Shown: positions 13,310 to 26,667 of the stretch, one piece after another | How the letters are laid out: every line of letters starts with the position of its first letter | Numbering within the stretch: position 1 is the stretch's first letter | Assembly (NCBI GenBank): GCA_047495785.1 | Contig: JBLDXI010000011.1 | Location: forward strand, 1,178,001-1,242,000 | DNA from: Lepidodermella squamata | Lineage: Eukaryota > Animalia > Gastrotricha | Direction of reading: 5' to 3' | Length of the DNA: 64,000 nucleotides | Notes under the pieces: model-generated | What the model saw: only the letters and a program-made list of their open reading frames with translations | Told to the model about the DNA's origin: nothing | Databases searched by the model: none | Translations under genes and position numbers: made by a program

Positions 13310-14261
13310 ATGAGCTACTTGTTTTTAGTTATTGCTCTCGCCGCTGTGGTCGCAGTGGACGCATGCCCCGCTTCATCTACGGACACTCCCTGTCCTACGG
13401 GCACATGCGTTTCAGGATCTGCGTGCACAACCACGGCAAACCAGTGTGACACGTCGAGCAAAAGCTGCGTTCCAACGAGCAACCTTTGCAGTGATACGAC
13501 GAAAAGCTGCCAGACAACCGTAAAACATCTGATGCATTAAATGCCACCTGCAAATTTTGCTTCTGATGCGCTCAGGTTACATACCAACTCTGCAATATTG
13601 CCACCACTCAAGGAGCTACAACGCCAACCCCGGCTATTCAGCAGGCCAACTTGAAGTTTTGTATCGCCAGCGGAGCGACGTGTACTTCGGTATTCACAAG
13701 CGGCGTCGCTGTAAGACATGAACATATTTTGAATTAGCCATTCGCTATTTTTTATGCATCTCAATCAGCAAGCAACCGCGACGGCGAGTGTGCCTAACAG
13801 CTACACTGACTTTGGCACTTGCTGTACAAATACTGTTGCGAGCGGCCAAACGGCAAATATCGTATATGAATACCTTCCGAAACAGGGCACCAGCAATCCT
13901 ACACTGGTCTGTGTTGGCGGTGTAGATACTACTCCGTACAGAGTAGCAAACGGCGGTACAAGAATCGGTTACTGCGTCCGCTTTCCTTATACGGCCAACG
14001 CTAATGCTGACGGAATCGCTACTACGGGCATTGTGAGTTTGCCAAAGATTGCACGCTAACTGTCAATAAGTGTATTTTTCCCAGAACACTGTTCAATCTA
14101 ACAGCGCCAGTGTGTACATTTACTCTACTTTTGCTGCCTGCTGTACTGGAATATTCGGTGGTCAAAAGGACGCACAAAATCTGAACGTAAATACTTGGGG
14201 TACTGCATCAGCATACGGCATCACCAACTTCGAAAAGTGCTCATCAACCACACCAGCGTAA
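13310..14261 (+). CDS. Secreted Cys/Thr-rich protein, copy 3 (exons 13310-13519, 13576-13710, 13769-14032, 14085-14261; 261 aa)
   Basis: Same exon structure and intron sizes (56, 58, 52 nt) as copy 2; open spliced frame. Confidence 0.9.
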
Positions 14262-15310
14262 TTCTTCTACAGCTAGAAGCTATATATGGATAATTTGTAA
14301 TTTGAGCTATTGAGTTGATTTATGATGGTGAAGTGAAGTGATGATTCTATTATTGTAATTCTGTAATGCTGCGCTTTTAGGGTCAATAGGCAATAAGCCA
14401 ATGGATGAAATAGAATCCTCGAGAAGGGGGCACGGTACCCGGTACCCGCCGTACCTCCCGGTATTTCGCAATTATGTGAAACTGTAAACTGGAAACGAGT
14501 CAAAGCTTCATTCAGTGTCATTTAACCTTTGACAACATGTAGGATCATTACTTATGCGCCTTTGATTTTCTTTACGAATGTTTTTACTGTTAAGCCAGAA
14601 GTCTTCCGTTTTCTAGGGTTTAAGCGAATGACGTGAGTTTGTAAGGCTTTATCCATATAGCCATTATGAGTCGAACTCGACAGAAAGCAGACTTATAAGA
14701 CATTAGTAGATATCCGCTTGGCTCAGCAAAATAAAATCATTTATTGACCTCACAGACAGCTTGAGCATAGTTTGACTGTGGGTTTTTCAGCAGAAAGTAA
14801 TTTTTCCATGAACATTTTGCAGAGCTCATATTCCCATCGTAATATGAGGATCATAATAATCTAAATTTCATCGAAATATTATGTGATTAAGACGCATGAT
14901 TTGCATATCATCAATTTTTTCTTGCCGCGCCGAGCGCGGTTTCCCCGGCCTTAGTTTTTCCGCGTGTGCGGCTCTAAAAAAAATTGAAAAATCGGTAAAT
15001 TTCGAACTCATTTTTATGGCTCATCGTAATTCAAGACGGCTTGAGTGAAAAGCTGAAGTAGTGGCGCCGTCGTTGACCTGAGCAGACGACACGGTTGTAT
15101 CCGCAGAGGCCGCTTAAGGATGCACACGTGGGCCGCCATGACTCTCAATGGTTGTCTGTCTCGAGAGGTGGGGAAACCCACGGGTCGATAGGTAGATAGA
15201 TCTGTGAAAAGGTTTAGATAAACTTGAACGGGGTTCGGCACCACATCCAATGGTGTCAAATCTTCATTAGAGTGGGAGGAATCAGGGACGGGTAGCCAGC
15301 TCGTGGGTAT

Positions 15311-15549
15311 TGGTGCACGCTAGAAACTTCGGTTCGGACGCACTTCGGACAGTAGTTTTGGGGGCCTCCGATCCGACGTTCTTTGTTGGGCGTGCGCGCG
15401 TCGCGTAGGACGCGCTATTGTTTAAACTTCGGGCGCGCGAGCCGAAGTGCGCGCGTTTGTGAAAGATAATCTAAACGTCGGACAACTATTACGAAACTTC
15501 GGGCGCCGAAAACGTCGGACGCTCGTCGGACGCATTTGTGAAAGCACCA
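15311..15549. mobile_element. Short non-autonomous derivative of the PIF/Harbinger element at 35621-38233
   Basis: 15328-15549 matches 37992-38233, including the TIR ...ggacgcatttgtgaaagcacca followed by TTA; starts with a vestigial TGGTGC. Confidence 0.85.
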
Positions 15550-15552
15550 TTA

Positions 15553-15825
15553 GAAGCGACAAGTGCGAAGAAGAATTCATCCACTTGAAGAAGGCCTTCT
15601 GTCTCCGCCTGAATTTGCTTTCGCTGATTCAGAACCGTTCAAGATACTCTGCGACGCGAGCGATTTTGGCCTTGCGGCGATGTTGATACAAGAACAAAAT
15701 GGAAAAGACCGACTCATCGCGGCGCACAGCAGACTGCTGAACGCTGCAGAACGCCGATATCCGATTCTCGAAAAGGAGTGCTTGGCAATGGTTTACACCA
15801 CTCAGAAATTCAGGGAATTCCTACT
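15553..15825 (+). pseudogene. Ty3/Gypsy pol fragment (RT connection/RNase H-like), frameshifted
   Basis: CEEEFIHLKKA / LLSPP...CDASDFGLAAMLIQ...HSRLLNAAERRYPILEKECLAMV matches the Gypsy RT-RNaseH consensus (DASxxGLGAVLxQ, SRxLxxAExNY, EKExLA); cut by MITEs on both sides. Confidence 0.85.
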
Positions 15826-15834
15826 TGTACAACA

Positions 15835-16479
15835 GGTGTGGCGACAAGTGAGCAAACGACTATTCAACATGCGACAGCTCGGGACGACCATTCGACAAAC
15901 GTCAACTCGGCATTAAACATTTAGAGGACCGAAAACGACAATTCGGCAAATGAATATTGAGCAGAATGTCCAGTTTCGACAATTCAGCAAAACGACAGCT
16001 CGACATGATGAAAATCCCTAATATGGAGAAACGACAACTCGGCATGAATACAATTCTGCCATCACGTTTAAGAAAGATTGATAGCACTTGAGAACGGAAC
16101 AAAATTCAATGCCCTAGATTGAGCAAGAATATAAAGGGTAAGAAGGCTATGCGAGCGGAGCGAGCATGCCTATTCCAACCCTGGTTTTTCCGACAGGCTT
16201 GAAAAGTGTATCTGACGGTTATTTTATGCGTGATGTGGCTCTCAACACTTCCCAATCTATAGCTAATGTTGAGTTGTCGTTATAGTATTAGTGAATTGTC
16301 GAGTTGTTTTCTGCCGCATTGTCGCTTAAGGGTACGATGAATTTTCACTGCCGTGTAGTCGTTTGCCGAGTTGTCGTTTTCGATCGTATAAAAAAAAATA
16401 TTGCCGAACTGGCGTTTGCTGAATTGTCGCTGTCGAATAGTCGTATTCCCAATTTTCGTTGCTCAGTTGTCATACAACC
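15835..16479. mobile_element. MITE with degenerate GGTTGT...ACAACC TIRs and CGACAA subterminal repeats
   Basis: Left end ggtgtggcgacaagtgagcaaacga vs reverse complement of right end ggttgtatgacaactgagcaacga; acgacaactcggc motifs invert across the centre. Confidence 0.7.
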
Positions 16480-17302
16480 GGACAACATTTTACGATTGAA
16501 ACCGACCATCGCGCTTTTGTCTGGATAAAAACGATGAAGGAGCCCAGTAAAAGAGCATGACGATGGCTTGAAATTCTATCTGACTGTCGCTTCAACATTG
16601 TTCACAGACCTGGATGCGAAAACTTTAGTGACGGCTTATCCAGAGCCAATACGGGTGAACCATTGATAGATCACGAACTTACTGCTGAAGAAAACGCCGT
16701 CTTTTCTAATATTCAAACCAACATAAATTCAATATCGCACATCATTTTAATCGCCGAGGCAAAGCCGAGTAAAAAGAACGAGTGTGTCAACACGAGTGCT
16801 TAAAAATAAAGTTTGGCGGTCATCGTCGCCAAATTGTTGAAAAAAGTGCACGTTTTCTTCGCACAGCTGTAGCCGCTTGACGATGAGCAAAAATAACCTG
16901 ATAACGCTTAAGATGTCTTCGCGCTAAAAATCAGCCATCTTTAAACAACTGAAGGACAACAGATTGTTCATTTCTACTATTTAACCCAAGCTAAGCATTC
17001 TCAGTTCTTCTCATTTCCAGGTCAACTTTACTTGAATTAAACAGACAAATGCGGTACATTTTGAACAAATGAACAAATGCAATTGAAGGGACTACAAAAA
17101 ATACTAGAAATCAACATCAAAATTAAACAAAAATTAAGAAAAATTCAAAACAAGAATAGTTTCGTTAGGGTGCAGAACGGGAATTGTTTGATCTTGGTCT
17201 ATTATCAATGGATCCATCGACAATTCGCCATTGCCAACGACGGCGGCTTTGCATTTGCGAACATCAACATCCAAACCGATTTCAGAAAACAGATTGATTG
17301 CC

Positions 17303-17560
17303 TGTCACGGGAACATAAAACAGTCAACTGCTACCCTTAATGATTTATTCATTGAAAATAAACTGAACACCAGTCACTGGCAAATTGAGAGCTTAAGTAC
17401 TGACAATACTAGTGTGATAGTATTGCACTACACAGCCTAGTTAGTTATCTCATGATCATACATCACAAGTCCTAGATCACAGCTATGGTTAATCATCTTA
17501 TTAGTCATGACCGGGATGCCGCCGTAACACCAATCGTTACACTACACCCTCCTCAGGCCC
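17303..17560 (-). mobile_element. Possible 3' LTR (17303-17541) with adjacent polypurine tract
   Basis: TGTCACG...CGTTACA termini; on the minus strand GAGGAGGGTGTAG directly precedes TGTAACG; AATAAA inside. No second LTR seen. Confidence 0.4.
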
Positions 17561-20270
17561 CTTCTTCGCCGCGAGAGCAAACCGAAAATCGTAGAGGGCA
17601 AATCGTAGAAGAAAGCCATGAGCCGTGAACCTTGAACCATAAGCTGAATTGCAAACTCTAATTGAGACGAAAGCAAGCAAGCCGAAATCGAGGGCACTGA
17701 AAGCATCATCGAAAAGAAAAGAGGCGAAAAGAATCATCGAAACATTGGACATGACCGGAGCTAAATTTCCTGACCACGTACACTTGATAACATTTTTAGG
17801 AATATGGAAGAACCAAATAATTGAAGTAGTTGACCAGTGACCGGCGAACAGAAGGATAGAGTGATTCGATGAATTCGAAAGAGGCAAATTGATGAGGAAC
17901 CTAAAAACTGTTGTTGTAGTGTTCAAAACCGGAAAACGACCAATATTGAGAAATCCAAAGCATTGAGATCCGAAAGAACATTGAAGACGATCACACCGAA
18001 GACGATGAACCGATATCAAACCAGCATTGGCAAATTGATGCGTAAGCCGGAAAGAGACACAAGTAGCATGGGTCCGAAAATCACGAGTGCGACGTAGTTT
18101 CAAGCTTCAAATCACTGGACATCGAAATGTCGAAGCGCCATAAACAAGACAAAGCTTTAGCCGGCGTTTACACAGCGATTACAGTGAGAATCAGCAAAAC
18201 CGAGCGAGAAATTACCAGGCTTCAAATCACAGGACCTCGACAATGTCGTAGCACAACAGCTTGGCCAGGCGACAAAACTACAGTGATAATCAACCAGGTT
18301 CCAGAGAATCACGAAAACACAGCGGGGCCAAGGCGTCATTTCACAGGATCTCGAAGTTGTCGTAGCACCAGAACGTAGCCAGGGCGAATCTTGAGCATTG
18401 GCTACGACAGCAGCGACTACAGCGAAAATCAACCAAGACCATTTTCCATTGAGCGAAGCCAGGACTTGTCAGCGATTACGCAACTTCGGAGAGCGATTAC
18501 AAAACTTCGGAGGCTAAAACTTCGGACGCGTCTCCGAAGCAGTTTGTGAACGCAACATAAAAATTCAAAAAATTGGCAAAAATTGAAGTAAGCATATGAA
18601 TAACGCGTACTTATTCAAGTATGAATATTAAGAAGAAGAAGAAGAAGTGACAACAGTGACTTTGATTTGATTTGATTTTGTCAGTAAATTACAGGTCTTT
18701 TTAAATCAAATCATTTTAATTCAAATGAAATTCCCAAAAACTCCATGGTAAAACAATCAAATCAAATAAAATATTTCGCATAGAGAAGCTTGAGTAATGA
18801 GGTTTAAAGTGTAGACCTGAGTTGGAGCCTCGGCTACTGTTTCAGCTCTTCGCTTAAACCCGAAAATAATAGAAATCGATTGGTCTTCGACATGTCCTTG
18901 ATGGAGTTGAGTTCGCGAGATTCCACGTAATTGCTGATTGCTGGTCGTTATTTGGTCCAGGGTTATGTTCAACGTCGTCGTGAATGAGTTTCAGTACAGA
19001 AAGCCAGTGCATGCGTAAGGCAAAGGTCTTAGACGATCCACGGCCAATATAAGCCAGAAAATTAGCCCTATTCCATTTTTCGACAGATTATGATAAAAAC
19101 GTGCAAACGCTGATAGTTGGCGACTCAAATGATAGATTAATTTCTAAAATGAATTCAATAGCATGCATTAATAGCTGAAAAATCGGGCGTAAGCTACCGT
19201 CGCCCCTTTCGGTAAAATTCAATCAAGCAATGTCAAATTTGAGTGGTCATTCAGGGATATTGGATGCTGGACTATTAAAATAAATGAATTCTTTGTACAA
19301 ACGAGAAAAAAAATATTTATTTCAACTTTCAAATGCACTACTTTTTTAGAACTAAAATCAAGAGCTTAGAGACTGAAACTTATCCATTGTTGCGTAACCA
19401 GTTCAAACTACGACTTTTTTGATGAGGTCTTCCACTGATTAGGAGGAATATTAATTGTAGAACGAAAAGGTCGTGTTATTGCAATCCCAATGGAAAGGCT
19501 GGAACCTGGAAACATTCGACCGCCGACTACGACCGGTTCCGCTTGGCTGCGTAGTTTGAATTTTTTCGAGCAAAAAGTTTTTAACTCCATTTTTTTAATT
19601 TAATTCAAATAAATTAAATTTTTTATTCCAAATAAAATTCGATTTGCAAGGGGGTTTTAGACGTCTAAGGAAACTAGGTTTGCAAGGGGGTTTTAGACGC
19701 ATAAGCGATGGTTTTGGGACAGAAACGCGGTGCAAGACCCCAGAAATTCTTGTCACGCGGTTTTTCAGCCAGAACGAGCAGCCTCGGCGTCCTACAGTAT
19801 GTCTCATGGTGCCTATGAGTGAATGTTTACACCCATCCAACAGTCGACCACAGACCACACTAGAAAGACGTAAAGTGTCCACGTATTTAAATTATACAAT
19901 GAATCTTCAGTCAGTCTCGTCTTTCGCACGTAGAATGACGCTGCTTACAAACTTCTCCAGAAACCTGACAGGGGCTTGTTGCTGAATCTTATCAGGCAGA
20001 GTTTCTGTTGAAGCGACTTTTTGATAAGTTGTTCTGCTTGGCTTTGAGAACAATCGACACGGCAAAGCGCCTCGGCTTTTACAGCTAGTTATCTTCAAAA
20101 TAATGTGAAGTGAAGATTGAAACAATCGTATCCCAACAGTGACGTAGCAATACAGTAAAAACTAATCGAGTTTTCGTTATTTTTATTATCGATAATTTTT
20201 GCGAGGCGGTTGACTGTATGTAATCCATGGCAAACGTTCCAATTTGCGCACGGTTTCGACAGTATAGTAT

Positions 20271-21537
20271 CTAGAACCTGCCTGCAGTCATTTCGCGGAA
20301 GAATGATGATACCTTAGAATAAATAGAATGGCTTTTGGAAATTAACAGCAGTCAAATCTACCTTTTCTCCGTCCCATTGAAATTCATCAGCGACCATAGT
20401 CTCAATATTTCGCATAATGACAATTCTGTCATTTGGCGATGGAAGTGATTGCGAACCTTTGTCTTGGTATTTACTCTCGAACCAAAAAGCTAGGCTTATT
20501 GTCGGCTGATCGCTTGCAGATTCAACATAATGCCACCAGCGAGGTGGAATGTAGAGAACATCGCCCGGGTTGATAATCGCTTCAAGCGCTTTCACGTTTG
20601 CGGCCAATGGGAATCTCGCGAAATCGGGATTCTCAAAATCTACCTGAGATTGGCGATCGCAAGGATGATAAACAGGATACGGGTAGAGATTCGCAAATTG
20701 TGACGGATCGAATAATAGAACACGCTTTGTGCCGCTTATCTGCGCAAGGAAATTGTTGAATTCATCATAGTGGGCAGGTGTTATGCTGGCTTTCTCTCCA
20801 ATGAAGAGAACATTAGCCGCCATATCCTTCCAAGTGTTACGTGTGCGCTGCTTCTCAACCCAATGCCAATCAAATTCAGCTATGTCTTGCTTCAATTTTG
20901 GCGAAGCGCCATTTTTGTAAGCTGCAACATCTTGAAGGTAAAGCCATTCCGGGTCAGTGTGACGGGTCTTCATCCGGTTGTAAAATTCGTCAAATGTCAC
21001 GTGAGCTTTTTCATGTGGTCGAACGAATGCACGCACGTTCTTAATTTTATCCTCGTTGTAATACATGAACGTCCTATTTGCGGATATACGCAACGAAAAC
21101 TTATCGCCGCTCAAGTTATCGCGCAAATATTCTAACGTCCATTTTTCTGCACTTCGAAAAATCTCCCCATCTGTTATCACCACTGGCGACTGACGTAAAA
21201 AAAAATAATAAAGAGCACATTATTGGAATAAATCTTACTTCATTTGATATCATGTAATTTGTGAACGTGTTTCTAACCGACAATCGTGGCACTGCTGTTG
21301 GTTTGAAATAATATTCGCGAAATGTCTTTTGTGTTGTGCAGCTGTTACGCTCTCCGGATTGACAGTCACCCTACTGGCAAAATATTAATTAACGCATGAA
21401 TTACCAGACTTACAGCCATTAGGTACCTCATTCGAACAGAACGCAGCTTCCAATGCCCTGTTACGTTGTGATGAAGAATATTCATCAAGCCTTTGCAACG
21501 AAAAAAGAACTAACGTGAATATCAGGATAGCAGTCAT
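20271..21537 (-). CDS. FIH/HIF1AN-like JmjC 2OG-Fe(II) oxygenase 1 with N-terminal signal peptide/anchor (exons 21537-21427, 21370-21239, 21189-20362, 20312-20271; alternative ATG at 21561)
   Basis: Motifs WTLEYL, TPAHYDE (HxD), GTKR, LYPYPVYHPCDRQSQVDF, PGDVLYIP, WWHYVES, MRNIE and terminal GRF are FIH-like. Exon 1 MTAILIFTLVLFSL joins in frame through 49-56 nt introns. Confidence 0.9.
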
Positions 21538-22188
21538 GTTCAAACTGCGATGAGTCCGCATTGTATTCGAGAAATCAACTCGATATGAAAGTAAAACGTA
21601 ACACTTATTCGATATACCTATCACATATGTTATATGCTACTAGAAAAGACGCGCGGTACACCGCGCGCCTCGTAACATGTACGCTGCAATGCTTCCATGC
21701 CAAGGAACTTAATAATAAAGCGGATTTGAAAATAACTTGAAACGAATCACATTAAAGCCAATGGATTGTTGATACTTGTAAAACACCGTTCAGATGACGG
21801 TTGTTAACTTATAAATGTCACTCACGTTCCCCATTCTTCATTTCACAACTCCAATCTGATATTCAATGATATACGACATACATCTAAGTTAAGTAAGTTA
21901 AGTTAACTCCATTCATAGATCTATAGATCCTTACTCGACGTACTCTGAATGTGATCTGAGTGAGATCTAATTTGAGATCAAAATATGTGACTTAGCAACC
22001 ATAGATCCGTACTCAATGTTGATGTTGTAGATTGACATAGATCTACATTGAGATTGAGTTAAATAGATCTACTTATTCTTGAGAATGAGGTAAGTTGAGG
22101 TTAAGCTCCAAGTTGATCTAACTTGAGATTAGACTTGTATGTTAGTTAGCATCTATATTTCCTTACTTCGGGATGTAATGTTCATATA

Positions 22189-23931
22189 CAGTGCGTTTCA
22201 GAATTATATGCCCAGTACTTCCTTGTTTGTGTTGTTTTTTCTTATGTTAAGAATATTCACCATATTCACGTTGCTGTTGCTATTATTATTATGAGGTCAG
22301 CAATACGCATTTACGCACAAAGTGAAGAATGGAGCGATATTTGCGATATGGTGGAAATTTACTCTCTTAACAAGCAAAAGCATTCATTTCAAAGGCGGAA
22401 ACCCCAATCTGAATAAGCAATTAATACCGTATTACCGCGCTTGATACGTCATGTCGATATGAATTTGCGTCAAAAGAAATCAATTCGAAAAAAAGTATCG
22501 CCATTTGACACTGTAGTCGTAATAACTGAAATTCGCCATTCCTATTACGCGCAAGGAATTATGCCGAAATTCAGCAGTCAACGGTACGCCGTGGCAGGAC
22601 TTCGCAAGCGACAGTAAGCGGCGCTAGCTTGGAGGAAGGAATCATTCCTCGAAGGGCGGCAGGGCGTCGCAGCTTATTTCAGCCTCAATTTTGCTATTAT
22701 AAAATCGTAAAGCGCGCTTGTAAGTTAGAAACTGAAGCAGTATTCCCCCATTCGTAATGAAACCTGCCGGCGGCCCGCCGCCTTGCAGCGCCAGTTCCGC
22801 TCCCCTCACAGCGCTAGTCCCGCTCTTTCTCGCGCGCACAATAGAATGACTACAACAAGTCACGATTTTATGGCGCCAAGCCGCACAAGAAGAGCTTGAA
22901 ATTGATTGATAAAATCATAAGTTTCTCATTTTGATCCGTTTCTGTGTGCCTGTATTTTTTCTGAATCTCCCAAAATTTTCCGAATTTTTCAAAAATTGTC
23001 TAAAGCTTCCTAAATTATTGATACCGAAAATGTGTTATCGACAAAGAAAGCCAGATCTACTCACATATTTGTTAATTTCTCGGGCGCGCTATTGATACCG
23101 CTATTATTGCAACCAATTGCTTCAGATTAGTGACAATAATTATCAAATGACCGCGCGCTCTCGCGCTGTTTATTTAATAACCAACTCGCTACAAGAGTGT
23201 CTTCATTCTTCCTCGGCGACGAAAAAACCCTTACCTCTCGACAGTTTCGTTGTATCTGAAATACAACGGAATTTCGTTATATCAAAAAAATACATCTACA
23301 TGTCGTATTAAGCGCCGTAATACGTTGTGTGGGTCATCTTAGGCCGGATTTTGCAGAGTCAAAGTCCAACTACGTGTTGCTCTGATGGTCGATATGATAG
23401 CATCAATGGGATCAATGGGGCTTGGCAGCACGCGATTCTATCAATTGATTAACATAGTGTGAAAAAAATCACACCCACCAACCCGACCAGCCCCACTATC
23501 GCGACCGACCCAGCAACAAGTAGTTGGACTTTGACACTGCATATCCAGACTAAGATGGTTTGACTAAGTTATTAAATATCTTATAAAATTTCGTTTTAAT
23601 TGGACATAGGAACTTTGATAGCTGAACAAGGAGGAAATCGCTTATGGTTCCTACATCTCCTCATTCACCTCTCAACATTTCAAGAACATTTAAATCTCAA
23701 GATAAAATATCGCAATAAAAATAAGTTGAATTTTCAAGCTCAATAATTGTCTCATTCTCATCACTTACTTAATCTTAATGAAGAAGAAAAAAACGTTAAT
23801 GAGCCCCCCGCTAAACATCGTTAAGAGATAGCAATTATGCCATTTTTATGAGGCTGCAATAAAAAAGCTATGTTCGTATTCCAATGCGCCCAAACATATA
23901 ACTGTTGGGCATATAATTTTGAAACGCACTG
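22189..23931. mobile_element. Non-autonomous Tc1/mariner-type element
   Basis: TA|CAGTGCGTTTCAGAATTATATGCCCA ... TGGGCATATAATTTTGAAACGCACTG|TA; no transposase ORF inside. Confidence 0.85.
23336..23557. mobile_element. MITE nested in the Tc1-like element
   Basis: catcttaggccggattttgcagagtcaaagtccaactac vs gtagttggactttgacactgcatatccagactaagatg; the same terminus recurs at 35291-35319. Confidence 0.75.
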
Positions 23932-26667
23932 TACTCAAGCATTAACAGATCTCAGCGAAAGATGTATCTAAAGCAAATGAATGTTCTATTGATCATGATT
24001 CACGAACATCTTTCAGTAAGACACCGAACATCAATAAGCGCAGAAGTTAACTGCACGCTGGTTAACTTGAAACTCGCGCGCCCCCGAAAACCGCGTCAAT
24101 TTGGTTTTCAACATGAATTATTTAAAAATTTGATTGTTAGTAATTTTAAAGTAAAATAAAAATTATAGAATTATTTTTATTTAAAATTAACGCGTATTTA
24201 AAAAGTTTATCCGAGTTCTCTTACGTTCTTTATGTTGTTAATTACTGTGTACATCGTCGCGAAAGGGGCCGCTCTCGAAATGATCTATCCAAAATGATCA
24301 GCTGAGCGAGAGCCATCATATCAAAAAAACGGCATTTTATTGGCTGATTCCCATTAGGCTCAGCGTTTTTTGAGAGAAGTAATAATAGAAATAATGCCAC
24401 TTGGCTGCGATACCATTTGAATAAAATCAAGGTTTGAATGGCCACGAAAGTAATAATGTTTATATCACCTGCAGTATTGAATAGATCATCTCCAGAGGAG
24501 TATAATGATGTAAATATTGGGCCCAATTCGGTTCTCCTTTTATATTGGAACAACAATAAAAACTTAGCGGCCCATTTCAAACGCAACGACATAGCGCATG
24601 CAGCCATACTTTACCGAAGCGAAGAAAATCTCACAATAAAGTAGTGTCGGAGATGGAAGGAAGTAGAGTGTTCCGGCGCTGCTAATTTTTGGCACGGGAG
24701 TGTATTCGATATAAAAGCTGGCAGAACTGTGTATTATTTAACAGAAGTTTATACAAAAACACTTAGGGCGATGAATCGATCTTGAAGATCGCGGTTTTTT
24801 TTGCTGTCATCATGGTCGAAGGAAAAAATTCCATTTCGGGACCTAGCCTAGCCGAGTTACCTGTAGGGAGCTGGAAGTTGTTTTGCATTTTACGGATGCA
24901 TTTTCAGCATATGCCTAGCCGAAAAGTTGAAGAAAACGCATCAGCTACAGCTGGCAGCTGGCTTTGCTGGCAACAGCTCTGGCAACAATTCAGAAAGTTA
25001 CCATCGATTAATACTAGTGGCAGAAAAGGACAACCAACAGATTAGACATTTATGTTAAAAAAAGAACCGGGGTTTTCGAATTTCGATTTTGACCATCCTC
25101 GGTAGGTGGGAGCCCTTTTAAACATTATTGAACTGAAAACCGGCTGAAAATGCGGTTGAAAACCGAGTTCACGCGAGGAAATTAGCACCAGGGACGCCAG
25201 GGACGCGTACCTGGTAGGTTTGAAGGTCAAGATAGTAACCGGAGCAATTAAACGCGGGTTTTTTCGGGGAATACTTATTTTTCATGTTGGTTATAAAGAT
25301 AATTTGCTCAAACAGTTCTCCCTCATTGAAAAGGAATTATCTGCTCTATCATGCGATTTTCTCCGTTTCGATAAAAAGTGTTGTGGCGCTAGAAAGTGTT
25401 TGACGTTGGAAAATAAAAGAAATTCCAGTGTGAAAGGAGGTGTCACCAGGAATAATACTAAATGTAATAGCTACTTTTTAATCTAAGAGCAAGAAAAACA
25501 TTGATTCGTCGATTCGCAAGATGAAAAAACAGGTAAGTTCGAAGGAGAGTTTAATTTAATAGATTAGCTGCAGTTCAGTGTCGGCCTGGTAGCCTTAGAC
25601 AGTTTAACGTGGGACACCACCTGGAGCCAAGTTCAGCTATTGAATCAACATGTCTTAATCAGCGGTCGTGTGGTGATGAAGCTTCAGGCGCCCTGTAGTA
25701 GACTTCAGACGTTTTCTCAATCGTGAATATGCAACATAGTCATGATTTTCTAGCATCAGTAGCTTCAACATACCGGGATGATGAGAAGAGGAATGAGGCT
25801 TAAAAATTGCAATTTTATGATTAAGCGAAAATCTCCAATGATTGACGTTAAATTTCGGAACGTTGTCGTGCAGGAGTCTCCCATCTTATCTCGTTCATGG
25901 AAGAACAGACACGACACTGGAAACCACTCGATTCAACAGCATGTCAGCTTGAAAAATACTGGAAATGAAAAATAATTAAATGAGCATCAACAACTATGTC
26001 AGCTGTAACTCTGCTATCGCGTTTTTAGTCTTGATTTTCCTTTCTATATCAGTCAGATCAGACAGACGTGTTAATAGACGGACGATTTCAGGACACGCGT
26101 TTAGAATCTTACTGACAAAACCGCATACGATGATAAAGAAACACGTTTTCCATCCAGGTAAATAACTTTTGTTTCCCAGTAATTATCATGTTTGCGTATA
26201 TATGGAAAGCTAAACAAAGAACTTCGCGTCAAACATTTCTTGCATCATTTCTGAGTGACGCTTATGTTTCCAAAGAAATAAAAGGTTATATATCGAGTAT
26301 ACTTAGCGTTTTGCGCAATTATGAGAATTCCAAAGTAGGCGAACAATGCAATCAAAATGAACAGTTAACAAGATGGACCAGCAGGATTTTTAGCTTTGCA
26401 ACGCTTGCCACGTCGCAATGAATCACTCGACTTGAACCGAATCGTTGAGAACAACGTAATGTGTCACGCCTGTTTTTTGAAATAATACAGTAGAAGGGTT
26501 GAAGTTTACGAACACACGAATCGGAGCAGGAGCTGAGTGGATTCTATGCTGTCATATCGGACAGGGGACAACAATTCAGAAAAAAGACAAAGAAGGCATA
26601 GTTTGATTTATTATTTACTAATGATCATTGAAATTCAACTGCTTCAAGCTGGTTCATTTGTTTTTTG

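Noticed and set aside
17537-18103. 188-aa ORF as a real gene
   Set aside because: Non-ATG start, no recognisable motifs, and stop-poor because of strand-biased composition.
25640-25780. Kinase-like words (HPGMLKLL, YYRAPE) on the minus strand
   Set aside because: Different frames, nearby stops and no HRD or DFG motifs; at most a decayed fragment.
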